From contig CAWGMQ010000010.1 of the NCBI GenBank assembly GCA_963823665.1, forward strand, positions 1,248,001 to 1,312,000: 64,000 nucleotides of DNA. The letters run 5' to 3'. Positions 21,624 to 36,867 of this stretch are shown here, in pieces. Under the pieces are notes generated by a model. That model ran no database searches and had not been told where the DNA came from. It saw only the letters and a list, made by a program, of their open reading frames with translations. Each line of letters starts with the position of its first letter. Position 1 is the stretch's first letter. Made by a program: the position numbers and the translations under genes. The stretch is from an uncultured Planctomycetota bacterium (GTDB lineage Bacteria > Planctomycetota > Planctomycetia > Isosphaerales > Isosphaeraceae).

Positions 21624-23204
21624 ATGCTAGCGCGAAAACGTACCAGGTCCCGACCGCGACCATCGAACGCCTCGCCGCTTCTTGAATCGCTCGAAAACCT
21701 CCAGCTTCTCTCCACCGTGTCGACCACGGTCTTGATGAACCCCGCCGGTAGTCACATGATCGGCCAGGTCGGGACCGGGGGCGTTCTGGTCATCGAAGGC
21801 CAGACCATGCCCGATGCCGCAGTTCGCATGCACATCGGCCACCGCACGATGCTGGGCCGTTCGAATTCCAACGGCGATTATCAGTTCAGCCTGCCCGAGC
21901 GCGCCGGGATCTACCGGGTCAAGATCAGCGCTCACGGCGCTGCCGGCCAGGTATCGAAGGCCGCGATGAGCGTGACCGAAGGCGACGCGGTCGTCGCCTG
22001 GACCGACACGATGATCCAGGTCATCAAGGCCGACATCGCCAACGTGGGCCTCGCTTCGCGGACCATGGCGATGGTCTCAGGAGCCGTTTACGACGCCGTC
22101 AACGACATCGAGCGGACGGGATCGGTCTATCAATTCAATGTTCAAGCACCGCAGGGAGCGTCCCCGACTGCCGCGGCGTCCGAGGCCGCTTATACCGTGC
22201 TCAGTGCGCTCGACCCGGACATGCAGCCGCTGCTCGATGCCAGGTTGGCTCAATCGCTGGCCGCCGAGCCTTCGGCGAGCGCCGCTGCTCTGGGAGTGCA
22301 GGTTGGCAGCGAGGTCGCCCAGGACATGCTTGCCTGGCGAGCCAACGACGGGTCGGCTGCGACCGTCCCCTACGTTCCCGGCACGGCTCCCGGAGATTGG
22401 CGGCCCACGCCGCCCACTTATCAGGTCGCCTGGGGCCCCGAGTGGGGCCAGGTCGAGTCCTTCGCGATCACCAAGCCCGCGTCCGCCTTCGTTGCGCCGC
22501 CCCCGCCCGCGCTCAATAGTCCCGAGTATGCCCGCGCGTTCAACCAGGTGAAGTCGCTCGGAGCCTTGCACAGCACGACTCGTACCCCCGAGGAGACACA
22601 GACCGGGATCTTCTGGTCCTACGACACGCCGGCAATGGGAACGCCCGTGGTTCACTACGAAGAGATCGCCGTCTCCATCGCCCTGCAGGAGCACAACTCG
22701 TTCACCCAGAACGCCCGGTTGTTCGGGCTGGTCAACCTCGGCATGGCCGACGCCGGCATCGCGGCCTGGGACACCAAGTACACCTATAACCGGTGGCGCC
22801 CGGTCACCGCGATCCAGCTCGCCAATACCGATGGCAATCCCAGCACAATCGCCGACCCCACCTGGATGCCCCTCGGCTCCCCGGGTAATCCGGGCCAGCC
22901 CAGCTTCACACCCCCATTCCCAAGTTATGTCTCCGGACACGCCACCTTCGGCGCCACTCTCTTCACCCTCCTCACTGATTTCTACGGCACGAATGACGTC
23001 AACTTCACGATCACTTCCGACCTCTTGCCCGGAGTTACCCGATCCTTCACCAGCTTTTCCCAAGCTTCCTACCAGAATGCGATGAGCAGGATCTATCTCG
23101 GCATCCACTTCTGGTTCGACGAGACCGCCGGCATGACGATGGGCCAGCAGATCGCCCAGAATGTCTTCACCAACGTCCTGACCACGACAAAAACCTCTAG
23201 CTAA
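21624..23204 (+). CDS. Vanadium-dependent haloperoxidase / PAP2-family enzyme with a LEPR-XLL-like leader
   Basis: KYTYNRWRP, PPFPSYVSGHA and SRIYLGIHF motifs; N-terminal LESLENLQLLS. Confidence 0.9.
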   Translation: MLARKRTRSRPRPSNASPLLESLENLQLLSTVSTTVLMNPAGSHMIGQVGTGGVLVIEGQTMPDAAVRMHIGHRTMLGRSNSNGDYQFSLPERAGIYRVKISAHGAAGQVSKAAMSVTEGDAVVAWTDTMIQVIKADIANVGLASRTMAMVSGAVYDAVNDIERTGSVYQFNVQAPQGASPTAAASEAAYTVLSALDPDMQPLLDARLAQSLAAEPSASAAALGVQVGSEVAQDMLAWRANDGSAATVPYVPGTAPGDWRPTPPTYQVAWGPEWGQVESFAITKPASAFVAPPPPALNSPEYARAFNQVKSLGALHSTTRTPEETQTGIFWSYDTPAMGTPVVHYEEIAVSIALQEHNSFTQNARLFGLVNLGMADAGIAAWDTKYTYNRWRPVTAIQLANTDGNPSTIADPTWMPLGSPGNPGQPSFTPPFPSYVSGHATFGATLFTLLTDFYGTNDVNFTITSDLLPGVTRSFTSFSQASYQNAMSRIYLGIHFWFDETAGMTMGQQIAQNVFTNVLTTTKTSS

Positions 23205-24608
23205 GCACCCCTTTGACCACCTTCCCCGCCACATCCGTCAAGCGGTAATCCCGCCCGCTATGGCGAAAAGTCAGCCGTTCGTGGTCCAGCCCCATCAGAT
23301 GCAGGATCGTGGCATGAAAGTCATGCACATGTACGGGATCCTTCGCGACGTTGATCCCATACTCGTCTGATTCGCCAAAGACCATCCCCGGCTTCACCCC
23401 CGCCCCCGCCAGCCAGGAGGAAAACACCCAGTGATGGTGCTCCCGCGCCCGCGCGCCCTTATCCGCATTGAACGGTGTGCGGCCGAACTCGGTCGTCCAC
23501 ACGACCAGCGTATCCTCGAGCATGCCGCGCTGCTTCAAGTCCGTGAGCAACCCCGCAATGGCCCGGTCGACGTTCTTCGCCAGCGGATTGTGTGTCAGCA
23601 TGTCGCCGTGTGCGTCCCAGTTATCCGACGACCCCGAATCAATCAGCTCCACGAACCGAACTCCACGCTCCGCCAGCCGGCGGGCCACCAGGCATTGCCA
23701 CGCGAATCCCGCCGGGCCCCCGCGTTCGAGACCATACATCTTGAGCGTCGCATCGGTCTCCTTTGACATATCGAACACCTCGGGCATCTCCGCCTGCATC
23801 CCGAAGGCTGTCTCGAAAGACTTCATCCGCGCGGTCAGAAACCCGTCGCCAGCCCGCTGCGCGAGATGCCGCCGGTTGAGATCCGACAGGGCCGAGAGCT
23901 CCAGCTCCTGCAACCGCTTGCTGGCGACCCGCCTTCGAATGTTCGCCACCGGCTCCGGGCCCGGAACCACCAGCGTGCCTTGATGCGCGCCCGGCAAGAA
24001 GTCGCTCCCCCACACTTGCCCTCCCGCGTAGGGTGACTTGGGCGCAATCACCACAAACGACGGCAAGTTGCGATTCACTGTGCCCAGCCCATAGCTGACC
24101 CATGATCCAATGCTCGGTCGTGCAAACGTGAATGACCCGGTGTGAATTCCCAGTGTCGCCTCGTAATGGTTCGTGTGGTCCGATTTCATCGAGCGGATGA
24201 CACAGAGTTCGTCGACGCATCGGGCCATCGCCGGAAACAGCGAGCTCACCTCCGTGCCGCTCTCGCCGTGCTTGGCGAAGCTCCACTGCGGCCGCTTGAG
24301 GAACATGTTGAAGGCCCCCTTGCGGCCCTGAAACTCGTCGACTCCCACTGTCTTGTCCGCGTCGGCAAACAGCTTCGGCTTCGGGTCCCACGAATCCACA
24401 TGCGATACGCCGCCGCTCATATAAAGAAAAATGACGCGATTCGCCTTGGCGGGATAGTGCGGCGGCTTGGGTGCAAGCCCATCCAGATCGGCTGACTCCC
24501 CTCTTCCGCAAGCAGCTCCGACACGAGCCCCGGCAAGAGCATCGAGCCGCCAACCATCGACCGCAGCATCCCGCGGCGAGACAGATCAAATTTAGCATGG
24601 CGTGTCAT
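23197..24608 (-). CDS. DUF1501 family (sulfatase-like) protein, frameshifted near 24485
   Basis: SRRGML Tat-like leader; MSGGVSHVDSWDPKP, NWDAH, TTEFGRTP and HVHDFHATILHLMG. Confidence 0.9.
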
Positions 24609-24616
24609 GGGCTCGC

Positions 24617-28477
<3,861 letters not shown>

Positions 28478-28643
28478 ATTCCTTGCGCCAATTTAGAGTG
28501 CGTCTGCTACATCTTGATGCGCACGGCGCGATCTGGGAAGGTCTGAATCCCGCGAAGGGGATCATTGCATCCCGGCTCAGGTGGGCGATAATCAGTGCAG
28601 AGTCCCGATCGTGTTCGCAGCCTCTCTGTCGTCGAGGTCATCC

Positions 28644-30629
28644 ATGAAGAGAAATCTGCGCGCCGCCGCCGCCGTCCTGGCTTTCGAATTACTCGCGCTC
28701 CAGAGCCTTGCCGACGATGTTGGCAAGCAGGCGGAGGTGCGCAAGACGCAATCGACTCCTGCGGAAACCAGGCCGCTCGGAAAGAATGGGGCTCCGCCGG
28801 CCTCGGCCCAGACGCTCAAGGAATCCCTCCAGAAAGCGCTCAAGGAGATTCAGGCGATGTCGGAGGAGGCCGCCAAGATGGAGCGCGAGATTCGCATGCC
28901 TTCGGTAAACATGTTCGCGATGAGATTGGAAAAGGACCTGGAGGCAGACGTGGTCCGAGCAATCGGCCGCGCCCAGGCGAAAACCGGCAGCATCGAGGAT
29001 GCACGCGCCACATGGCAAAGCGCCCTCGACACTGCCGCCGCGATTTCCTCACTTGACGCAGCCGAGGAGCGCGCCAATATCTACATCGAAGTCGCCCGAT
29101 CGCAGAACGAAGCCGGCGAGCAGAACGAAGCTCGCTTCACCCTGCGCCAGGCCATTCAATCGGCACGGGCCGTCAAGCGCGACTCCATGTTCTCCTTGGA
29201 GCTTCCACCTGGAATGGAAGACAGAGCAGACCCGGTGGCCAAGAAGACCACTCTGCTCAGGCGGATCGCCCAGCTCCAGGCCGAGATCGGCGAGAAGGCG
29301 GGCTCCGACGAAAACTTTCGCCTGGCGGTCGAATCCGCCGAGAGCATCAAGGATCCGCTGAGGAAGGTCACTCACCTCCTGGAAGTTGCCGAGAGCCGTT
29401 CTGGCGAGCCGGCGGCTCTCGTCTGGACCAAAGCCCTCGAGTTCGCTCTCTCGCTCAAGGACGAATTCCCCCGTTCAAGGGCCGTCGAATCGGTCATCCG
29501 GGGCCGCCTCAAGTCGCTGCCGCCTGACGGAACGCTGACGATCATCGCCGACCGCTTGAAGGGAGACTTTCAACATTACGTGCTCTGGGTCGTAGCCGAT
29601 TTCATCGCATCAAGCGACAAGCCGTTTGCTCCGAATACCGTCGCGCAGCTCGGCCAGCTCGCCTTGAAGGCGGAGTTCGATCGCACGTCCAAGAAGATCA
29701 AGGTGTTTCAGCGCATCGCGGAGGCGCAGGCGCGGCTTGGCGATTACGACGGCGCCTACCGGACCGCCGGCGAGCCCCACCCGGTCAATGACGTGCAAAA
29801 CTTCCGGGCGACCCAGGCGCGCGTTCACGTGATGAAGGCGATCGCCGATTCCCAGCTCAAGGCCAAGCAGCTCGCGGCGGCCAAGGACACCGTCCTCATG
29901 GCGATCGAGCTCATCGCTCCGCTGCCGGACGAAGATGCCGAAGCGTATTATCCCCTGGCAGAGCTCTGCGTGCTGGAAGCCAAGGCCGGCGACCTCTCCG
30001 GCGCCCTTCGCAACGTCTCCGCCGTCAGCTCGAGTGCGTGGAAGGTCTCGATCCTCACCGAAATCGCCGCCAATCACGCCCAGGCCGGCCGCGCCGATGA
30101 GGCGAAAAAAACGTTGCGACTCGCGGTCGACGCCTCTCGCGGCGCGCCCAATGACGCGCTATGGGTATCCGCGTCCCACTTGGGCGATGCCATGTTCGAT
30201 CCTTCGCTTCCCATCCTGCAAACTCTCGCTCATGCCCACGCCCGAATCGGCGATCTTGAGGCGGCGCTCAAGACGGTTTCAGAAATGGGCCAGTCCGGGT
30301 TCGGACGGTTCTCGCGCGGTCAGGCCATCGATCAGATTGTGGCGACTCAGCTCGAGAAGGGCGACGTCGCCGGTGCCCGCCGCGCCGCCGATTTGATCGC
30401 AGATGCAGATTCATACCTGGGATCAAAGGCAAACCTTCTCGAGAAGATCGCCCAGCGACAAGCTGCAAACGGCGATGCCGCCGGCGTGCTCGCCTGGGCC
30501 GTCCGCGAGCGCCTGCCCAAAGCCAAGCTTCAATCCCTCCGCGGTATGGCCGACGGCGTTGCGGAGGCCGCCTCAGGCGCAAACCCAAAACCACCCGCTG
30601 CCGCTGGGGCACCAAAGCCGGCCGGTTGA
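28644..30629 (+). CDS. Secreted TPR-like helical repeat protein
   Basis: Signal peptide; repeated IAxAQAxxGD units. Confidence 0.85.
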   Translation: MKRNLRAAAAVLAFELLALQSLADDVGKQAEVRKTQSTPAETRPLGKNGAPPASAQTLKESLQKALKEIQAMSEEAAKMEREIRMPSVNMFAMRLEKDLEADVVRAIGRAQAKTGSIEDARATWQSALDTAAAISSLDAAEERANIYIEVARSQNEAGEQNEARFTLRQAIQSARAVKRDSMFSLELPPGMEDRADPVAKKTTLLRRIAQLQAEIGEKAGSDENFRLAVESAESIKDPLRKVTHLLEVAESRSGEPAALVWTKALEFALSLKDEFPRSRAVESVIRGRLKSLPPDGTLTIIADRLKGDFQHYVLWVVADFIASSDKPFAPNTVAQLGQLALKAEFDRTSKKIKVFQRIAEAQARLGDYDGAYRTAGEPHPVNDVQNFRATQARVHVMKAIADSQLKAKQLAAAKDTVLMAIELIAPLPDEDAEAYYPLAELCVLEAKAGDLSGALRNVSAVSSSAWKVSILTEIAANHAQAGRADEAKKTLRLAVDASRGAPNDALWVSASHLGDAMFDPSLPILQTLAHAHARIGDLEAALKTVSEMGQSGFGRFSRGQAIDQIVATQLEKGDVAGARRAADLIADADSYLGSKANLLEKIAQRQAANGDAAGVLAWAVRERLPKAKLQSLRGMADGVAEAASGANPKPPAAAGAPKPAG

Positions 30630-30839
30630 AAGGGCTTCGGGCCTTCAGGGGCTTTCGGCCGCCCGGCATTCGATCGGCTGGAGCCAATGCATCGCGTCGC
30701 CAATCCACCCAAACTAAACATACAAACACTGCCTCGTTGACTTTCGCCGCGCCTGATTTAGAATGCGAACGTCTTTTTTGTTGTCGCGGTCGCTGCTTGC
30801 GCGCGATCCTGCCGCTTCCCTCGAACCGCCAATTTGCCC

Positions 30840-31559
30840 ATGCGCCTGCTTACCGCCATTCCCGTTTACAACGAAGCCGCGAGCCTCGTGAGCGTGCTCA
30901 CGGAAGTGAAGAAATACGCTTCCGACGTGCTCGTGGTCGATGACGGCTCGACGGATCGAACGCCCGAGCTCTTGCGCGGGCTTTCCGGCGTCCGCACGAT
31001 CCGCCACACGCACAACCTGGGGTATGGCGCAGGCTTGCGCACGGCGTTCGAAGCCACGCTCTCGGGGGGGTATGACGGCGTTGTCACGCTCGACTGCGAC
31101 GGCCAGCATGAGCCCGCACGCATCCCCGAGCTGGCCGCTCATCTGGCTGAAGCCGATATCGTCTCCGGCAGCCGCTATCTCAAGGTGTTTGATCCCGCAC
31201 AGCGGCCCCCGGAAGAACGGCGGCGAATCAATCAGGAAGTCACGAGGTGGCTCAACGAGTGCCTTGGCATGAGCCTGACAGACGCATTCTGCGGCTTCAA
31301 AGCCTATCGTAGCACCGCGCTCGCGCAATTCGACATCACCGACAACGGCTATGCCATGCCCTTGCAGGTGTGGGTGCAGGCCGTTGCCTGCGGCATGAAG
31401 ATCATCGAGGTGCCGGTCGAGCTGATCTACCTGGACGAGTCGAGGGCCTTCGGCGGGTCGCTCGACGATGCAGCCTTCCGTTTGCAGCACTATCGGCGCG
31501 TATTCGAAAACGCGCTCAACCGCGCCGGGCTGCTGGCTCCGGCTGGATGTATTGGATGA
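30840..31559 (+). CDS. Glycosyltransferase family 2 (polyprenol-phosphate glycosyltransferase-like)
   Basis: IPVYNE, VVDDGSTD, NLGYG, TLDCDGQH and DAFCGFKAY. Confidence 0.92.
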   Translation: MRLLTAIPVYNEAASLVSVLTEVKKYASDVLVVDDGSTDRTPELLRGLSGVRTIRHTHNLGYGAGLRTAFEATLSGGYDGVVTLDCDGQHEPARIPELAAHLAEADIVSGSRYLKVFDPAQRPPEERRRINQEVTRWLNECLGMSLTDAFCGFKAYRSTALAQFDITDNGYAMPLQVWVQAVACGMKIIEVPVELIYLDESRAFGGSLDDAAFRLQHYRRVFENALNRAGLLAPAGCIG

Positions 31560-33266
31560 GCCCGCGGCAATTGCGGGCTCCCGCGATCGACGGCGGCCTG
31601 CTGGTGGACCCGCCCCCCGATCGTCTGCCGGCCGTCCTGGCCGATAACCTCGCACGCCTGGCAACCTGGAATCACGATTTCCAGGGTCGAACCGCCCTGC
31701 GCCTCCGCGATCAGGTGCGCCGCGAAGTGCTTGCTCTTGCCCACAGGTATCTCGAGCAGCATGGTCTCGCCCGCCCTGAAATCTCGTCCGCCGCCTCCGG
31801 CGAGCACGCCGGCCCTCTTGTGGTCACTGGGCACCAGCCCGAATTGTTTCACCCCGGCGTCTGGATCAAGAACTTCGCCGCCGGAGGAATCGCCGCGCAG
31901 CATCACGGCCTCGCGCTCAACCTCATCGTCGATAACGACCTTCCCAAATCGGCGTCCATTCGCGTTCCGGAAGTCGAAAACGGTCTGGTTGGGACGACCC
32001 AGATCGACTTTGACCGCTGGAGCGGCGAGACTCCGTACGAAGATCTGCGCGTTCCAGGAAGAGGATCTCCTCGCCACATTCGCCGGCCGCGTGCGAAAAT
32101 TTATGGGCGATGCCGTGCCGGAGCAGGTGCTCGACCACTTCTGGCCAAAAGTGCTCGCCCGGCGCGGCGAAACCGCGTCGCTCGGAGAGCGGTTCTCGCT
32201 CGCCCGGCGCGAGGTCGAAGCATCTTGGGGCCTCTCCAATCTCGAGGTTCCCTTGAGCAGCGTCTGCCAGACAGACGGTTTCTCGTGGTTCGTGTGCCAC
32301 CTGCTGGCCCATCTGCCTCGATACGTACAGATCCACAACCAGGCGCTCCAGGAATATCGTCTGGGGCACGGAATTCGCAGCAAGAACCACCCCGTCGCGG
32401 CGCTGGCCACGCAAGGCGAATGGCTCGAAGCCCCGTTCTGGGTCTGGCGCAGGTCGCGCCCCAGACGCCGTGGCCTGCTGGCACGCTTCCGCGGCCGTGA
32501 AATCGATCTCCGGATCGCGGGCGAGAACGAGGTCCTCCTCGAGCTCCCACTCGGCCCTGACCGCGAGGCCTGCTGCGCCGTGGAGCGATTGCGCGACCTC
32601 CCCGGGCAGTCGGTCCGGCTCCGCACCCGGGCACTCACGACCACGCTCTTCAGCCGGTTTCTGCTCGGAGACCTGTTCATCCACGGTATCGGTGGATCCA
32701 AATACGACGAGCTTGGCGACGAGATCGCCCGTCGCTTCCTCGGGATCGAGCCCCCCACTTTTCTCACCGTTTCGCTCACTCAAAGGCTCGGCCTTCCCGA
32801 GGATTCCACCGCGACCGATCCGTCCGAGCTGCTCCGCCGTATCCGCTCGCTCCACCACAACCCGGACCGCTATTTGCATGAACCCTACCCCGACGAGCTA
32901 CGTATCTTGATCAGGCACAAGCAAGAGCTGATCGCAGCGCCCGTGTCTACCCATAGGGAACGCAAGAACAGGTGTATCGCCATCAGGGCGTGCAACCTGG
33001 CGATGCAGCCCTGGGTTCGCGGGTTGGAAGCCGGTCTGCTTGAGCAAAAGCGGAGTGCCGAGTTGCGGCGGCGCTCGAACCGCACCGCCCGCAGCCGCGA
33101 TTACGCGTACGTCTTGCACTCCGCCGAGAAGCTGACGCGGAGCTTCGACTCGGGTGTCTCTTCGATTCTCGCCCCGCTGGCGCCGGCTTCCTCGCCGCCG
33201 GTCACGCGGCCGTCCTTCGGTGGCCCTTTGGCGGGAACTGCCGTACCGTCCTGGCACCGCGAATAG
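31556..33266 (+). CDS. Conserved protein, distantly BshC-like, frameshifted near 32055
   Basis: ATGA-coupled to the GT2 gene; VVTGHQPELFHPGVWIKN, LIVDND and FIHGIGGSKYD. Confidence 0.6.
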
Positions 33267-33370
33267 CCGTTCGCCAGAAGTGCTCACGGAAATCTAATAC
33301 TGGTAAGGTTTTATAAAAAACAGGCCCGCGAGTTTCTTCACTGAAGCATCACACGCACAGAGCCCGTACA

Positions 33371-34732
33371 ATGAAAACCAAAGGAAGTCCGATCGAGAGG
33401 CTCGAGCGCCCGCGGACGTTTACCAATCCCAGCCGTGTGAGTTCCGTCTCTAGGATTGCTGAACTGATGAAAGCCCCCGCGCCGGGAACGCGCCTCCCTT
33501 TTCGCCGCGGTTCGGTCGAGTACTGTCTCGGAACCGAAGCCGATCAGGAAGCGGTTTACCAGACGTTGCTTCATGTCTTCCATGGGCCCGATCGCGACTC
33601 GTTCCTGGGCGCGATCAACGACCCGTCCTATCGCCCCGACCAGCGCATCCTTGCCAAGGTCGATGGCCGGATCGTCAGCCATCTTCATTTGACCGAGCGG
33701 CTCGTCCGTTTCGGCTCCGTGACCATCCCCATCAACGGCGTCATGTGGGTTGGCACGCTCCCCGAATTTCGCGGGATGGGTTTCGCGCAGAATCTGATGC
33801 GGCTCGCGAGCCAGCGTGGCAAGGAGAGCGGCGTTGCCGTCCAGGTCTTGACGACCGGCATGCCGCAGTTCTATCAGCCGCTCGGCTGGGGCATCTGCGG
33901 GCGTCAGACGACGGCTCAGACCATGAGCCGCAATCTGCCGCAGGTGGCCGACGGCCTGGTCGAAGGCAAGGCGTCCTGGCAGGTGCGGCCCTGGCGCCAG
34001 GTCGAGCTCGGCGATTTGATGTCCCTTTACGACATCGAATACTCACGCAGCACCGGCTCGGTCGTTCGCAGCGAAGAATACTGGCGCTGGATGATCGGCC
34101 GTCGTTATGCTCATGTGATCTGGGTTGCCTGCCTGGGTGAGGCTGTCAAGGGTTACGCCTTCATCAAGGACCACAAGATCCTCGAGATCGCCTCCGATCC
34201 CGCTTTTCCGCAGGCGCTGAAAGCGTTGCTCGGCCGCGTCCGAGCCGAGGCGCTCGAGCGGGCTTATCCCGAGGTGACCGTCTCCGCACCGTCGAATCAC
34301 CCCGTGATCGAGCAGATGCGCGCTGCCTCGGGACGTGTCTCCGATCAAGATCTTTACGACGGCACGGCCTCGATGTACCACATCCCCGACCTCGGCACGT
34401 TCTTGAAGTGCATCCTCCCCGAGCTCGGGCGCCGTGCCACCGAGGCCAAATGCCAGCTCCCACTCGAGCTCGGGATCAGTCAAGACGACGAGCGCTGGCT
34501 GATCCACATCCAGGGCAAACACTCCCGTATCGAGCCCGACAAGCTCAGCCGCCGGCACTTGAGTCTCAAGGCGCCTGCCCTCGTACGGCTGTTGATGGGC
34601 CACACCGGAGTCGACTCCGCAGCCGAGGACGACAGCTTCGTCGCCTCGACCGCCACCGCCCTCGAAGTGGCCCGCATCCTCTTCCCGGCCGGCCCCGTCT
34701 GGCGCAGCCCGCTGGACGGCGGCACCGCCTGA
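33371..34732 (+). CDS. Eis-like GNAT acetyltransferase with a C-terminal SCP2-like region
   Basis: VGTLPEFRGMGFA and FYQPLGW; start could instead be ATG 33467. Confidence 0.85.
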   Translation: MKTKGSPIERLERPRTFTNPSRVSSVSRIAELMKAPAPGTRLPFRRGSVEYCLGTEADQEAVYQTLLHVFHGPDRDSFLGAINDPSYRPDQRILAKVDGRIVSHLHLTERLVRFGSVTIPINGVMWVGTLPEFRGMGFAQNLMRLASQRGKESGVAVQVLTTGMPQFYQPLGWGICGRQTTAQTMSRNLPQVADGLVEGKASWQVRPWRQVELGDLMSLYDIEYSRSTGSVVRSEEYWRWMIGRRYAHVIWVACLGEAVKGYAFIKDHKILEIASDPAFPQALKALLGRVRAEALERAYPEVTVSAPSNHPVIEQMRAASGRVSDQDLYDGTASMYHIPDLGTFLKCILPELGRRATEAKCQLPLELGISQDDERWLIHIQGKHSRIEPDKLSRRHLSLKAPALVRLLMGHTGVDSAAEDDSFVASTATALEVARILFPAGPVWRSPLDGGTA

Positions 34733-34759
34733 ATATCGCAAGTCGCGGAAAAACAAGTC

Positions 34760-35776
34760 ATGAAACGCGCGCTCATCACCGGGGTCACCGGCCAGGACGG
34801 CTCGTATCTCGCCGAGTTCCTCCTCGGCAAACCCGAATACGAGGTGCACGGACTGGTTCGTCGCTCGAGCAGCTTGAACCGCCAGCGAATCGATCATCTC
34901 TTCACCCTCGATCCCTCCATCGGCGAGCGTTTTCATCTTCACTACGCAGACCTCGCCGACGCGTCCAGCCTCGCGATGGTCATGGAGCTCATCCGACCCG
35001 ACGAAGTCTATAACCTGGGCGCCCAGAGCCACGTCCGCGTCTCCTTCGATCAACCCCTCTACACGGCCGACGTCGTCGGCCTGGGCACCCTGCGCATTCT
35101 CGAAGCCGTTCGCCACCTGAACCGATCCATGCCCGTGAAGTTCTATCAGGCCTCGAGCTCCGAGATGTTCGGCGCGGCACCGCCGCCCCAGGGGCTCGAT
35201 ACACCCTTCCACCCCCGCAGTCCCTATGGCTGTGCCAAGCTCTACGGTCACTGGCAAACCATAAACTACCGCGAGGCCTACGGACTCTTCGCTTGTTCCG
35301 GAATTCTGTTCAACCACGAAAGCCCCCGCCGCGGCGAGTCGTTCGTCACCCGCAAAGTCACACTCGGCGCCGCGCGAATCAAAGAAGGCCTCCAGAAGAA
35401 GCTCATGATGGGTAACCTTGACTCCAGCCGCGACTGGGGATTCGCTGGCGATTACGTCCGCGCCATGTGGCTCATGCTCCAGCAGCACCAACCCGCCGAC
35501 TACGTCGTCGCGACCGGCGAAACCCACTCGATCCGCGAGCTGCTCGAGCTGGCGTTCTCGATCGTCGGTCTCGACTATCGCGATTTCGTCGAATTTGACC
35601 CCAAGTACACCCGTCCCTCGGAAGTCGACGTGCTCCAGGGTGACCCGACCAAAGCCCGCCAGAGCCTCGGCTGGGATCCCACGGTCAACTTCCGCGGCCT
35701 GATCAAATTGATGATCGAATCCGACCTCGAGCAAGCCCGCCGCGAGAACTACAGCCGGGGCTTCCGGCCTCGCTAA
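34760..35776 (+). CDS. gmd: GDP-mannose 4,6-dehydratase
   Basis: [49 protein letters not shown] and RDWG. Confidence 0.97.
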   Translation: MKRALITGVTGQDGSYLAEFLLGKPEYEVHGLVRRSSSLNRQRIDHLFTLDPSIGERFHLHYADLADASSLAMVMELIRPDEVYNLGAQSHVRVSFDQPLYTADVVGLGTLRILEAVRHLNRSMPVKFYQASSSEMFGAAPPPQGLDTPFHPRSPYGCAKLYGHWQTINYREAYGLFACSGILFNHESPRRGESFVTRKVTLGAARIKEGLQKKLMMGNLDSSRDWGFAGDYVRAMWLMLQQHQPADYVVATGETHSIRELLELAFSIVGLDYRDFVEFDPKYTRPSEVDVLQGDPTKARQSLGWDPTVNFRGLIKLMIESDLEQARRENYSRGFRPR

Positions 35777-36825
35777 TTCGACAGCGCACCCTTGGCCGTT
35801 CTGTAAACGTCCTCGATGATGCGGTCGAGGTCATACGTCAGATCCCAGCTCGGGTAGTGCTGGCGAAGCTTTGCCAGGTTTGTGATGTAGCAGATGTGGT
35901 CCCCGACTCTCGGCGTGGGGTCAAAGGTCGTCGGAATCTCCCGGCCGTTAATCTGGCCGACCCGATCGAGCAATTCGACCAACGACGCCGCGTTGCCACG
36001 GCCGCCACCGAGGTTATACACTTCCCCGGGGCGAGGGTTTTCGTAAAACGCCTCGAAAGCCCGGATCACGTCCTCGCTGTGGATCTGATCCCGGACCTGC
36101 TTCCCCTTGTAGCCGATAATGTTGTATGTCTCGCCCCGCAGCGCAACCCGCACCATGTACGCGAGAAAACCGTGTAGCGCAACCGCGCTGTGAAACGGGC
36201 CGGTGAGGCAGCCGCCGCGGAAGACGCCCGTCTTCATGCCGAAGTACCGGCCGTACTCCTGAGTCATCACGTCACCAGCCAGCTTGCTGACACCGAAGAG
36301 GCTGTGCGTGCAGCGGTCGACCCGGCATGTTTCATCGATACCTTCGTGGTCCTTGGGATCCGCGTAGTCGTATCGTGTCTCCTGCTCAATGAGCGGAAGC
36401 TCATTCGGCACGTCACCGTAAACCTTGTTCGTGCTCATGAGAATGAACACTGACTCGGGCACGTGCAGGCGGGTCGCCTCCAGCAGGTTGAGCGTGCCGC
36501 CGGCGTTCACGTCGAAGTCGTCGAAGGGACGCGATTTCGCCAGGTCGTGCGACGGCTGGGCGGCACAGTGAATGATCAGGTCGGGCCGGATGTCCTTGAA
36601 CGCCCGGAACATCGCCTCGCGATCGCGGATGTCCAGCGTGTGATGTTCGAAATTGCGGCAAGTCTCCTGAAGGTGCCGAAGCGTCCAGCTCGTGTCTCCA
36701 CCGGGCCCGAAGAAGTCGGCCCGCATGTTGTTGTCGATTCCGTGAACCCGTGACCCACGATGGTCGAAATAGCGAACGGCCTCCGAGCCAATCAGCCCAC
36801 TGCTTCCGGTGACGAGCACTTTCAA
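35773..36825 (-). CDS. NAD-dependent epimerase/dehydratase (CDP-paratose 2-epimerase-like)
   Basis: [36 protein letters not shown] and RVGDHICY. Confidence 0.88.
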   Translation of the reverse strand: MKVLVTGSSGLIGSEAVRYFDHRGSRVHGIDNNMRADFFGPGGDTSWTLRHLQETCRNFEHHTLDIRDREAMFRAFKDIRPDLIIHCAAQPSHDLAKSRPFDDFDVNAGGTLNLLEATRLHVPESVFILMSTNKVYGDVPNELPLIEQETRYDYADPKDHEGIDETCRVDRCTHSLFGVSKLAGDVMTQEYGRYFGMKTGVFRGGCLTGPFHSAVALHGFLAYMVRVALRGETYNIIGYKGKQVRDQIHSEDVIRAFEAFYENPRPGEVYNLGGGRGNAASLVELLDRVGQINGREIPTTFDPTPRVGDHICYITNLAKLRQHYPSWDLTYDLDRIIEDVYRTAKGALSN

Positions 36826-36867
36826 GAGACGATCCTCCTCGCCGTGACTGACGGCCCCGTTTCGACC

